Assembly (NCBI GenBank): GCA_035463475.1
Contig: DATHTE010000123.1
Location: forward strand, 91,775 to 155,774
DNA from: Vicinamibacterales bacterium
GTDB taxonomy: Bacteria; Acidobacteriota; Vicinamibacteria; Vicinamibacterales; 2-12-FULL-66-21
Direction: 5' to 3'
DNA: 64,000 nucleotides
Shown here: piece after piece, positions 33,420-41,962 of the stretch
How the letters are laid out: every line of letters begins with the position of its first letter
Position numbering within the stretch: position 1 is the stretch's first letter
Program-made: the position numbers and the translations under genes
The notes under the pieces: model-generated
Database searches by the model: none
Told to the model about the DNA's origin: nothing
What the model saw: only the letters and a program-made list of their open reading frames with translations

Positions 33420-34670
33420 ATGACAGTGACCCAGGCTACCGAACGGACCAATCCCCTCACGGACATGATGCACACCACCGGCGACCTGATGAAATCGGTC
33501 GGCCGGTTCTCCCTCGCCATGTCGCTGCTCGCGGCGCGTCAGGCCATGGCGATCGTGTCGCGCCCGAAAGCGGCGTCCGGCGAGCTCGACGACGTGACGC
33601 GGGCCGCGGGCGGTCACCTGTCGGGCGCCGTCCGCACCGCGTTCGCGATTGGCGCGAACGTGCAGAGCGGCCTCGTCGACGCCGCGTTCGACGCCGTCGG
33701 CATGCGCCCGAAGGGGCAGCAGCCGTCGGGCGACACGACCGCGCTCTCGGTGCCGATGACGACCGGCGTGCCGCGTCGCGTCGCCGGCGTGCGGACGGTC
33801 GCGTCGGGCGCCGTGGATCGCGGGGTGCCGCAGTCCGAGCTCGTGCAGCGGCTGACCGAGTACCAGACGGAGTCGACCGGCCGCCCGGTGGAGCGCGCCA
33901 AGGCGGTCACCGGCCTGTGGAAGTCGGAAGGGCTGTCCACGTCGGTCGGCAAGCACCTTCTTCCCGAGAACTCGCTGGCAGACCCGAACTTCCCGCGCGA
34001 GGTCGTGCCGATCGCGCACGTGGGGTTCGGCTCCGGATCGACCGAGGATCTGGTGTTCGACGTCGCGAAGCTGAACGGGCTGTTCGCGGCGCGCTGCGCC
34101 CCCGCGTACATCGGTTTCGCGTACGAAGGGATCGGCGCCATCCTGCGCATCTATGAGCGCGGCTTCTTCAAGCTGATGAGCGGCGCGCTCGGTCTCATTC
34201 GCCTCGACGCGCCCGACGGGCCGAACGCGGAGGGGCTGTTCGCCGACTATCTCAGTCAGTACCCTGAAGACCGGCAGTGGCTGATCGTTCACGGGTACGG
34301 TCGCCTCGTCGCCTTCAGCAACATGAACATCTACAAGGCGATCGAAGAGATCACGACGTATCCCGCCGATCGCGTGGACCCCGCCGTGCGCGGCGCCGCG
34401 TTTGCGTTCGCCATGATGAACAGCGCCGACCTGCCCAGGGTCCTCGACGAGAGCGCCATTCCGTTCGACCGATCCATCCGCGTGTCGTTCCAGAACGGCC
34501 TGGTGAACAGTGTGGTGTTCTTCGACTGGTTCCTGCCGGGACTGCTCGAAGACTGGCGGCCGCAGGGCGCGCTCGAAGGGGAATTGATCGATCACGCGCG
34601 CCTCGAGGCGGCCGCCGCGCGCGAACGCGGGTATCCGCTCGCGATGCAGCTCGAACACCCGCGCACGTAG
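33420..34670 (+). CDS. Hypothetical protein: shared N-module + DUF1702-like domain (second paralog)
   Basis: ATG at 33420 with GGAG upstream. N-terminal GDLMKSVGRFSLAMSLLAARQAM...VQSGLVDAAFD. C-domain IAHVGFGSG, GFAYEGIGAILRIYE, WLIVHGYGRLVAF, GAAFAFAMMN. Confidence 0.65.
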   Translation: MTVTQATERTNPLTDMMHTTGDLMKSVGRFSLAMSLLAARQAMAIVSRPKAASGELDDVTRAAGGHLSGAVRTAFAIGANVQSGLVDAAFDAVGMRPKGQQPSGDTTALSVPMTTGVPRRVAGVRTVASGAVDRGVPQSELVQRLTEYQTESTGRPVERAKAVTGLWKSEGLSTSVGKHLLPENSLADPNFPREVVPIAHVGFGSGSTEDLVFDVAKLNGLFAARCAPAYIGFAYEGIGAILRIYERGFFKLMSGALGLIRLDAPDGPNAEGLFADYLSQYPEDRQWLIVHGYGRLVAFSNMNIYKAIEEITTYPADRVDPAVRGAAFAFAMMNSADLPRVLDESAIPFDRSIRVSFQNGLVNSVVFFDWFLPGLLEDWRPQGALEGELIDHARLEAAAARERGYPLAMQLEHPRT

Positions 34671-34888
34671 CGCGCGATCCCGTTTCACCCACCGCCGCTC
34701 ACGCCGGGCGACGCGGCGCGCCAGCGTCCGCGAGCCCGGCCGTCTCCGCGCAGGTTCAAGGCCGAGACGGTAATCCAGAAGCATTACCGGCAGGACCCGA
34801 ACAACTTTTCTTGCGCGCGCCGCTTTTCTTGTGCGATCGCGCTGACATAGAATGCGTGGGCGTTTTTGGAGCATCGAGTGGAGGACTC

Positions 34889-35767
34889 GTGTTTCTTTCG
34901 ACGGACCTGCTCGTCGCGCTGGTCAGGGCGCGCGCGCAGCGGGGTACTGGGGACCGCGAACCCGTTCGATCGGTCCCGCGCGTGCGGGCACTACAGCGCC
35001 TGCGATCTGCCCTGACGCCGACGCGGCTCGGGGCGGTTGCATTCATCGCGATCCTGCTGGTCGCGTGGCACGTCGCGATCCAGTTCCAGGCGAGCCCGTT
35101 GCTGCCCGGTCCGCTGGCGGTCGCGGCGGCCATCCTGGAGCTCCTGGCGCGCGGACTGCTGCTGAAGTACGTCGTGGCGTCGCTGTTCCGCGTGACGTGG
35201 GGGTTCGTGACCGCGGCGCTGCTGGCGATCCCGTTCGGCCTGGCAGTCGGGTGGTACGGCCGCGCGGAGCGCGCGTTCAACCCGTTCATCCAGATTCTCC
35301 GGCCGATCTCGCCGCTTGCGTGGATCCCCATTGCGATCCTCTGGTTCGGCGTCGGTGATCTCGCGGCGATCTTCCTGATCTTCCTCGCGTCCTTCCTGCC
35401 GCTGACGGTCACAGCCATGAATGCGGTGGCGAGCATTCCCGATGTCTTCGTGAACGCCGGCCGCAACTTCGGGCTGCGCCACTCACAGGTCGTGTACCGG
35501 GTCCTGTACCCCGCGGTGATGCCGCAGCTGATCATCGGCCTCCGGATCTCGCTCGGCATCGCGTGGCTGGTCGTGGTCGCCGCGGAAATGATCGCCGTCA
35601 ACTCCGGGCTCGGGTTTCTGATCATCGACGCGCGGAACGCCGGCAACCGGTACGACCTGGTCGTCGCCGGCATGGTCATGATCGGTGTCATCGGGCTGCT
35701 GCTCGACGTCGGAATCCGCTCGCTCGAGCGGATTCCCTCCATCAGTTGGGGATACTCGGATGACTAA
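34889..35767 (+). CDS. ABC transporter permease (NitT/TauT/SsuC-type)
   Basis: GTG at 34889 with GGAGGA upstream. RPISPLAWIPIAILWFGVGD and GIAWLVVVAAEMIAVNSGLGFLIIDA (EAA-loop region typical of aliphatic sulfonate/nitrate/taurine-type permeases). Confidence 0.85.
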   Translation: MFLSTDLLVALVRARAQRGTGDREPVRSVPRVRALQRLRSALTPTRLGAVAFIAILLVAWHVAIQFQASPLLPGPLAVAAAILELLARGLLLKYVVASLFRVTWGFVTAALLAIPFGLAVGWYGRAERAFNPFIQILRPISPLAWIPIAILWFGVGDLAAIFLIFLASFLPLTVTAMNAVASIPDVFVNAGRNFGLRHSQVVYRVLYPAVMPQLIIGLRISLGIAWLVVVAAEMIAVNSGLGFLIIDARNAGNRYDLVVAGMVMIGVIGLLLDVGIRSLERIPSISWGYSDD

Positions 35768-36566
35768 TGCGCTGCCAGTGGTTCAGCAGGTCTCGACCCT
35801 GGAACCCACTGCCGTCAAGGCCAAGCTGCGCGCCGATCACGTGACGATGGTGTTCGGGCGCGGCGCCGAGCAGGTCAACGTGCTCAACGACATCAGCATC
35901 GAGGTGGGCGACGGCGAGTTCGTCTGCCTCCTCGGCCCGTCGGGGTGCGGCAAGTCCACGATGCTCAACATCCTTGCCGGGTTCCTGACGCCGACGAGCG
36001 GCCAGGTGCGGATCGACGGCGAGCTGGTGAAGGGGCCCGATCGCCGGCGCGTCTTCGTGTTCCAGGAGCGGGGCGTGTTCCCGTGGCTCACGGTCGAAGG
36101 GAACATCGGCTTCGGGCTCTTCGACCTTGCCGAAGCGGAACGGAGACGACGGATCGCGCATTACGTCGAACTCGTCGGGCTGAGCGGTTTCAACAAGTCC
36201 TACCCGAGGGAGCTGTCGGGCGGAATGAAGCAGCGCGTCGAGGTGGCGCGGGCGCTGGCCGTCAATCCCGACATGCTCTTCCTCGACGAGCCGTTCGGCG
36301 CGCTCGACTCCATCACCAGGCACATCATGCGCGGCGAGCTGCTGCGCCTGTGGGAAGCGGAGCGCAAGACGATCACCTTCGTGACCCACGACATCGACGA
36401 GGCGGTGCAGCTGGCCGACCGCGTGATCGTCATGAGCGCGCGCCCGGCCAGGATCCAGAAGGTTGTCGAGATCGACATTCCGCACCCGCGCGACATCAGC
36501 TCGCCCAGGTACCTTGCGCTGCGCGACGGCATCCTCGCGGCGATCGGCCTTGCGCACCGCGTATGA
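35760..36566 (+). CDS. ABC transporter ATP-binding protein (NitT/TauT family)
   Basis: GPSGCGKST (Walker A), LSGGMKQRVEVARAL (signature), MLFLDEPFGALD (Walker B), VTHDIDEA (H-loop). 8-nt overlap with the upstream permease. Confidence 0.95.
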   Translation: MTNALPVVQQVSTLEPTAVKAKLRADHVTMVFGRGAEQVNVLNDISIEVGDGEFVCLLGPSGCGKSTMLNILAGFLTPTSGQVRIDGELVKGPDRRRVFVFQERGVFPWLTVEGNIGFGLFDLAEAERRRRIAHYVELVGLSGFNKSYPRELSGGMKQRVEVARALAVNPDMLFLDEPFGALDSITRHIMRGELLRLWEAERKTITFVTHDIDEAVQLADRVIVMSARPARIQKVVEIDIPHPRDISSPRYLALRDGILAAIGLAHRV

Positions 36567-37345
36567 CGGGGCTTGCCTACACCCGCAGGTGGGAGCCGCT
36601 CTTCTGGCCCCTGGTCACGGGGGCGCTCGTCCTGTGGGTCTGGAACCTGTCGGTCACGTGGAGCGGCACGAACGTGTTCCCGACGCCGCTCGCCGTCCAG
36701 CGGGGCGCGGCCGAACTCGTCGAAAAAGGGGTGCTGTGGGCCTACGTCACGGACTCGCTCCGGCGCGTGGCGCTCGGGTATGCCGCGGCCGTCGCCTGCG
36801 CGATTCCCTCCGGCCTGCTGCTCGGGTGGTACCCCGCCTCGGCGCAGGTGGTGAACCCGGTTATCCAGATCCTGCGGCCGATCAGCCCGATTGCGTGGAT
36901 CCCGGTGTCGATCATCCTGTTCGGCGTCGGCGACCGCGCTTCCGTGTTCCTGATCTTCCTCGCGTCGTTCTTCCCGATCGTCGTGTCAACGATGGACGGA
37001 GTGCGGAACGTCCCGGCGATGTATCGGCGTGCGGGGCGCAACTTCGGACTGTCGCCCGTGAAGCTGCTCGCGCGGGTCGTGTTCCCCGCCGCGCTCCCGC
37101 AGATGCTCGTCGGGCTCCGCATCGCGCTCGGCATCGCCTGGCTGGTCGTGGTCGCCGCGGAGATGATCGCGGCCGAGTCGGGGCTTGGCTACCTCGTCAT
37201 CGACGCCCGCAACTCGGGTAAGCGGTACGACTTGGTGGTCGCGGCGATGATCATGATCGGGCTGATCGGGCTCGCGCTGGACCTCGGGATCCGCCGGGCG
37301 GAGCGGTTCAAGTCGATTCGATGGGGGTTCCGCGATGGCCGCTAG
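36563..37345 (+). CDS. ABC transporter permease (second, paralogous to 34889..35767)
   Basis: ATGA overlap at 36563-36566. RPISPIAWIPVSIILFGVGD and GIAWLVVVAAEMIAAESGLGYLVIDA. Confidence 0.9.
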   Translation: MTGLAYTRRWEPLFWPLVTGALVLWVWNLSVTWSGTNVFPTPLAVQRGAAELVEKGVLWAYVTDSLRRVALGYAAAVACAIPSGLLLGWYPASAQVVNPVIQILRPISPIAWIPVSIILFGVGDRASVFLIFLASFFPIVVSTMDGVRNVPAMYRRAGRNFGLSPVKLLARVVFPAALPQMLVGLRIALGIAWLVVVAAEMIAAESGLGYLVIDARNSGKRYDLVVAAMIMIGLIGLALDLGIRRAERFKSIRWGFRDGR

Positions 37346-37358
37346 CAGGCGGGAATCT

Positions 37359-37659
37359 GCAATTGATAGTCGGGTGATCGGGTAATCGCACGATCGGCAA
37401 TTGGAAATCGGGGAATCGGGTAGTTGGATCGGGTCATCGGGTCATCGGGTCATCGGGTCATCGGTCATCGGTCATCGGGCCATCGGGGGCCATCGGGTCA
37501 TCGGGCAGCGGAGAATCCTGCGTCGGGCGAATCGGCCAAGAGCGGCGCGCGTCCACGATTACGTGCTTACTCGATCACCAGATTACCAATCCAACCACCC
37601 GATTCCCCGATTGCCGATTGCCGATCGTGCCATTACCCGATTTCCCGATTGTCAATTCG
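37359..37659. repeat. Roughly 300-bp imperfect palindrome: roughly 80-bp inverted arms made of 7-8-nt ATCGG(G) units, flanking a (GGTCATC)n microsatellite
   Basis: The left arm (about 37359-37437) and the revcomp of the right arm (about 37577-37659) match at about 85% by eye, e.g. ATCGGGTAAT.GCACGATCGGCAAT.GG.AATCGGGGAATCGGGT.GTTGGAT. The centre (37431-37505) is tandem TCATCGG(G) repeated about 9 times. It lies between convergent genes. Confidence 0.7.
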
Positions 37660-37670
37660 CGATGAAGAGG

Positions 37671-38972
37671 CTAGCCGCCCGCCAGCGCGGCCGGCGCGGG
37701 CCGGGCGGCCGGATCGATCGCCAGCCCGAAGATCGATCGGTCGTGCATCTGCCAGCTGCTCAGGAACGAGAGCCCGCCGGCGATGACGCCGGGCAGGAGC
37801 AGCTGGTGATAGCAGCCACTCATGTCGGCGACCAGCAACAGCCCGCTCCAGTAGCCCTTCACGATCGAACCGAACATGACCACCATCCCGAGCAGCACGA
37901 ACAGCTCGGGCTGTGGCGCGACGGCCGGCGCGACCGCGTGGATACCGTAGCCAAAGGCGCCGCCGTAGAGCGCGCCCATGACGAGCGTCGGCGCGAAGAG
38001 CCCGCCGACCGCGCCCGAGCCAAACGTGATCGACGTCGCGACCATTTTCAGCAGCAGCAGGATCAGCAGCAGGTGGACCGGCATTCCCTCGCGGATGACG
38101 TGATCGATCACCGGATAGCCCGCCGACAGCACCTGTGGGAACGCCACGGCGATCAGACCGACCAGGCTGCCGCCAAACGCGACCTTCAGCGGCAGCGGCC
38201 ATCGCCGGGGGAACAGCGTGGCGCACCGCTCGAACATGCGGATGAACAGGTGCCCGGTCGGCGCGCCGATCAGGCCCATGATCGGGACGACGACCAGCAA
38301 CGCGGCGAGTGGCAGCGGCTCCATCGTCGCGGTCGGCTGGAACGGGTACGCATCGCCGAGCAACGCGGTGCGCGTGACGTACCCGAGACACGCGGCGATG
38401 GCGATGGCGGGGAGGTCCTTGTCGAAGCGTGCGCCGAACATCTCGAGCGCCAGGAGGACACCGCCGGCTGGCGATCTGAACGCCGCCGCGACGCCCGCGG
38501 CGACGCCCGCGCGCACGACCGTCCGAAGCTGCTCGCGCGTCAGCCCGAACGTCCGGCCGACCGAGCTTCCGGCGACCGCGCCGAGCTGCACCATCGGCCC
38601 TTCGGGGCCGACCGAACCGCCGAACGCCAGCACGAGGCCGCTCAGCACGACGTTCATGAGACGGATCAGCGGGACGAAGCCGCCGTGATGGTCGATCGCC
38701 TCGATCACCTCGCGCACGCCGCCGAGGCGCGACGCCGGGACGCGCTGGAGCACGATGCCGACGAGCAGAAGACCGATCGTCGGGACCACCAGCACGATGG
38801 GGAGGCGGTCTATCCAGGTCCGGCTCTCCGCCCAGAGGATCAACGTGTCGCCGAACCTGTTCGCGAGCGCGTGAAACGCAATCGCGCCGATGCCGGACAG
38901 GAGTCCGGCGAGAATCGCGGCGCTGGTGAGACGCCCGAACCCCGAGATACGCGGCATCAGGGGCCGCATCAT
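37671..38972 (-). CDS. ClC-family voltage-gated chloride channel/antiporter homologue
   Basis: GGSVGPEGPMVQLG (GxEGP selectivity motif), FRSPAGGVLLALE, GAVGGLFAPTLVMG, about 10-11 TM segments. Confidence 0.9.
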   Translation of the reverse strand: MMRPLMPRISGFGRLTSAAILAGLLSGIGAIAFHALANRFGDTLILWAESRTWIDRLPIVLVVPTIGLLLVGIVLQRVPASRLGGVREVIEAIDHHGGFVPLIRLMNVVLSGLVLAFGGSVGPEGPMVQLGAVAGSSVGRTFGLTREQLRTVVRAGVAAGVAAAFRSPAGGVLLALEMFGARFDKDLPAIAIAACLGYVTRTALLGDAYPFQPTATMEPLPLAALLVVVPIMGLIGAPTGHLFIRMFERCATLFPRRWPLPLKVAFGGSLVGLIAVAFPQVLSAGYPVIDHVIREGMPVHLLLILLLLKMVATSITFGSGAVGGLFAPTLVMGALYGGAFGYGIHAVAPAVAPQPELFVLLGMVVMFGSIVKGYWSGLLLVADMSGCYHQLLLPGVIAGGLSFLSSWQMHDRSIFGLAIDPAARPAPAALAGG

Positions 38973-39055
38973 ACCGTGGGTCGTGAAACGACAATCAGAA
39001 AGATTGTTAGCTCTGGTGGCATTAACCTGTTCGCATTACCGCGCTGGGGGACTCG

Positions 39056-40525
39056 ATGCGTCGCTCGCTGTTGTTCTCGCCGTTGATGCTCGCCGCGAGC
39101 GTCATTCCGGCAGGGGCGCAGGCCACCGCCCCGGCTCCGCTCATCATTGGCGGCGGGGTAGTCCTCTCGGCCTCGATCCGCAGCCGCACGTACGGCTGGA
39201 ACTGGTTCGGAGACAGCCCGGCCGGCGACTACGTGCACCAGGGGACGCAGGTACGTTTCGGCCTCGCGCGATCCAGGGCGCGCTACGACTGGCAGGTCGA
39301 GTTCGAGGTGCCTTTCATGCTCGGCCTGCCGGCGGATGCCGTCGCGCCGCCACCGCAGGGGCAACTGGGCCTCGGCGCGTCGTACTTCGCGGCGAACGAC
39401 AACAGCAGGAACCCCGCTGCGCTCTTCCTGAAACAGGCCTTCGTCCGCTTCAAGGGCCTCGGCGGCATCGCCGGACAGTCGCTCAAGATCGGGCGGCAGG
39501 AGTTCAACGAAGGCCTCGAGGTGACGCCGAAGAACGCCGCGCTCGCCACGCTCAACCGCGATCGCATCAGCCAGCGCGTGCTCGGCAATTTCGGGTTCTC
39601 GGACGTTCTTCGCAGCCTGGACGCCGCGCAGTACGTGCTCAGCACGCCCACGCTCAACGTCACGGCGCTCGCCGGCAGACCGACCGAAGGCGTGTTTCAG
39701 GTCAGCGGATGGTCCGAGCTGGACATCAACGTCTTTTACGGATCCGTCACCGGCCAGTCGGGCGGCGACCGCCATCCCGCTCACTGGCGCGTGTTCGGTT
39801 TCGGGTATCACGATTATCGCGACGGCGTCCTCAAGACCGACAACCGCTCCGCCGCGGCCAGGGCGGCTGACACCGACACGATTGCGATCGGCACCTTCGG
39901 GGGGAACTTCCTGCAGGTGGCATCGACGCCGGTCGGGCCTGTCGACCTGCTGTTCTGGGGCGTCGTGCAGACCGGTTCGTGGGGGACGCTTTCACATCGC
40001 GCCGGCGCGTTCGCGGCGGAAGCGGGCTGGCAGCCGGCGGCGCTCCCGAGGCTGCGCCCGTGGGTTCGCGCGGGCTACAACTACAGCTCCGGCGACGGCA
40101 ATCCGGATGACGACGAGCACGGCACGTTCTTCCAGGGACTTCCGACGGCGCGCATCTACGCGCGGATGCCCTTCTTCAACCTGATGAACAACGTGGACGC
40201 GTTCGGCGGGCTGGTCCTCAGGCCCTCCACCCGCGTGACGCTGCGTGGCGACGTGCACGCGCTCAGCCTGGCGGACGAGAGCGACCTTTGGTACGCGGGT
40301 GGAGGCGCATTCCAGGACACGACCTTTGGCTTCAGCGGTCGGCCGTCGAACGGGCGCACGGGCCTCGCGACGTTGTACGACGTGAGCAGCGACGTCACGC
40401 TGCACGCGCGCGTGGCGCTCACTTTGTACTATGCGTACGCGCGAAGCGGCGGCGTGACGCGCGCGATTTTTCCCACGAGCCGCAGCGCACGGCTCGCTTA
40501 CATGGAGTGGCTGGTTCGCTTTTGA
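39056..40525 (+). CDS. Outer-membrane beta-barrel porin (alginate-export-like)
   Basis: Signal peptide MRRSLLFSPLMLAASVIPAGAQA, alternating beta-strand pattern, and C-terminal ...AYMEWLVRF (terminal Phe). The family assignment is tentative. Confidence 0.65.
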   Translation: MRRSLLFSPLMLAASVIPAGAQATAPAPLIIGGGVVLSASIRSRTYGWNWFGDSPAGDYVHQGTQVRFGLARSRARYDWQVEFEVPFMLGLPADAVAPPPQGQLGLGASYFAANDNSRNPAALFLKQAFVRFKGLGGIAGQSLKIGRQEFNEGLEVTPKNAALATLNRDRISQRVLGNFGFSDVLRSLDAAQYVLSTPTLNVTALAGRPTEGVFQVSGWSELDINVFYGSVTGQSGGDRHPAHWRVFGFGYHDYRDGVLKTDNRSAAARAADTDTIAIGTFGGNFLQVASTPVGPVDLLFWGVVQTGSWGTLSHRAGAFAAEAGWQPAALPRLRPWVRAGYNYSSGDGNPDDDEHGTFFQGLPTARIYARMPFFNLMNNVDAFGGLVLRPSTRVTLRGDVHALSLADESDLWYAGGGAFQDTTFGFSGRPSNGRTGLATLYDVSSDVTLHARVALTLYYAYARSGGVTRAIFPTSRSARLAYMEWLVRF

Positions 40526-40573
40526 GATGGAACCGCGGAGAACGCGGAGGACGCAGGGCTCGGGCCCCGGCTT

Positions 40574-41962
40574 TCAGGAGATCACTCGCGGCCGGATGTT
40601 CTTGTTGCCCGAGAAGAGATTCTCCGGGTCCCACGCGGTCTTGACGTCCACCAGCCGCGCATAGTTCGCGCCGTAGGCGGCCCGGATGCGGTCGTCCCCC
40701 TCTTCTTCCGTGAGGAAATTGACGTACGTGCCACCGGTCGACAGCGGGCGGATATCCTGCCACGCGCGCCGCGCCCACTCGATGTTCGCGGCGTCGTCCG
40801 CGGCGCGCTCCCAGGATCCCATGATGTTGACCACGGCTGTTGCGTCGCGGTTGCCCGCGGGCGAATGGTCCGCGGGCAGCCGGTTCAGCGCGCCGTCAAC
40901 CGGAAAGACGAGGACCCCGGAGTGCGGCGAAACCGCCCGGAGCGCGGAGTCCCGCAGGTTCTGCAGCGCGTCCGTCGTCAACGCCGGCAGATACTCGGAC
41001 TTCCAGTAGTACCGGCGTCCTTTCGGCTGCGTGGCGTCGAGCACGCTCTGCTGCGAGAGGTAGCTGCGGCGCTGGATGATGTCCCCCACCGGCGACCCGG
41101 TCGCCCTCCACGGTGCGATGAGTTTCTCGCCGTCCGAGGGGGATCCGGAGTAGCACACGAAGAGCGCGACGATCGGTTTCCCGTGAATCATCGTGCTCAG
41201 CCACGGCGCCGGCGGCGCGCGGCGCACCACCGGCACGCATGAGAGTTCGGGAGGCGCGTCGCGAAACACGCGCTGAAACGCCGCGAACACCGCGTCCGCC
41301 TGATCGGCCGGCCACGCGATGGCGCCGCCGTAGATGTCGGGCCCGACCGGATGCAGCCGGTACTCGAACCCGGTGACGACGCCGAAGTTGCCGCCGCCGC
41401 CGCGAAGGCCCCAGAACAGATCGGGGTTCTCCCGATCGCTGGCGCGGACGACCCGCCCATCGGCGGTCACGACCTCGAAGGCGGAGACGTTGTCGCCCGC
41501 CCAGCCAAAGCGACGGGTGAGGTACCCGAAGCCGCCGCCGAGGGTCAGGCCGGCGATGCCCGTGGTCGAGACGAACCCCGCCACGGCGGCGAGGCCGTGG
41601 ATCTGCGTTTCCCGATCGAGGTCGCCGAGGAGGCAACCGGGCTGCGCCCGGGCGACGCGGGCCGCCGGATCGACCCAGACCCCTCGCATCAGCGAGAGGT
41701 CGATCATCAGCGCCTCGTCGCGGACCGCGAGCCCGGCGATGTTGTGGCCGCCGCCCTTGATCGAGAGCGGCAGGCGGAGCTCACGCGCGAAGTTGACGCA
41801 CGAGACCACGTCGCCCACGCCGACGCAGCGCGCGACGAGCGCCGGGCGCCGGTCGATCATGCCGTTCCAGATCGAACGGGCGTCGTCGTAGCCGGCGTCG
41901 CCGGGACCGAGCACGGTGCCGCGCAGCTGCGCCTGCAGGTCGCCCGCGACGGCGGGACTCAC
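40574..41962 (-). CDS. FAD-linked oxidase (FAD_binding_4 + berberine-bridge-enzyme-like C-terminus)
   Basis: GTG at 41962 (GTGA overlap with the upstream stop). PLSIKGGGHNIAG, DLFWGLRGGGGNFGVVTGFEYRLHP, C-terminal NYARLVDVKTAWDPENLF. Confidence 0.9.
   Translation of the reverse strand: MSPAVAGDLQAQLRGTVLGPGDAGYDDARSIWNGMIDRRPALVARCVGVGDVVSCVNFARELRLPLSIKGGGHNIAGLAVRDEALMIDLSLMRGVWVDPAARVARAQPGCLLGDLDRETQIHGLAAVAGFVSTTGIAGLTLGGGFGYLTRRFGWAGDNVSAFEVVTADGRVVRASDRENPDLFWGLRGGGGNFGVVTGFEYRLHPVGPDIYGGAIAWPADQADAVFAAFQRVFRDAPPELSCVPVVRRAPPAPWLSTMIHGKPIVALFVCYSGSPSDGEKLIAPWRATGSPVGDIIQRRSYLSQQSVLDATQPKGRRYYWKSEYLPALTTDALQNLRDSALRAVSPHSGVLVFPVDGALNRLPADHSPAGNRDATAVVNIMGSWERAADDAANIEWARRAWQDIRPLSTGGTYVNFLTEEEGDDRIRAAYGANYARLVDVKTAWDPENLFSGNKNIRPRVIS

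Noticed and set aside
37431-37505. Possible CRISPR array or other spacer-containing repeat
   Set aside because: The repeat unit is only 7-8 nt with no intervening unique spacers. There are no cas genes anywhere in the window. This is a microsatellite inside a palindrome, not a CRISPR array.
37359-37659. Inverted repeats as the termini of an insertion sequence or transposon
   Set aside because: No transposase ORF lies between the arms (only about 140 bp of heptamer repeats), and I could not identify target-site duplications. A non-autonomous MITE remains possible, but that cannot be tested without the rest of the genome.
37401-39086. 561-aa plus-strand ORF starting in the heptamer repeat region
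   Set aside because: The first roughly 90 codons merely translate the GGTCATC microsatellite (…SSGHRVIGSSVIGHRAIGGHRVIG…). The rest is antisense to the ClC channel gene, which has clear GxEGP motifs.
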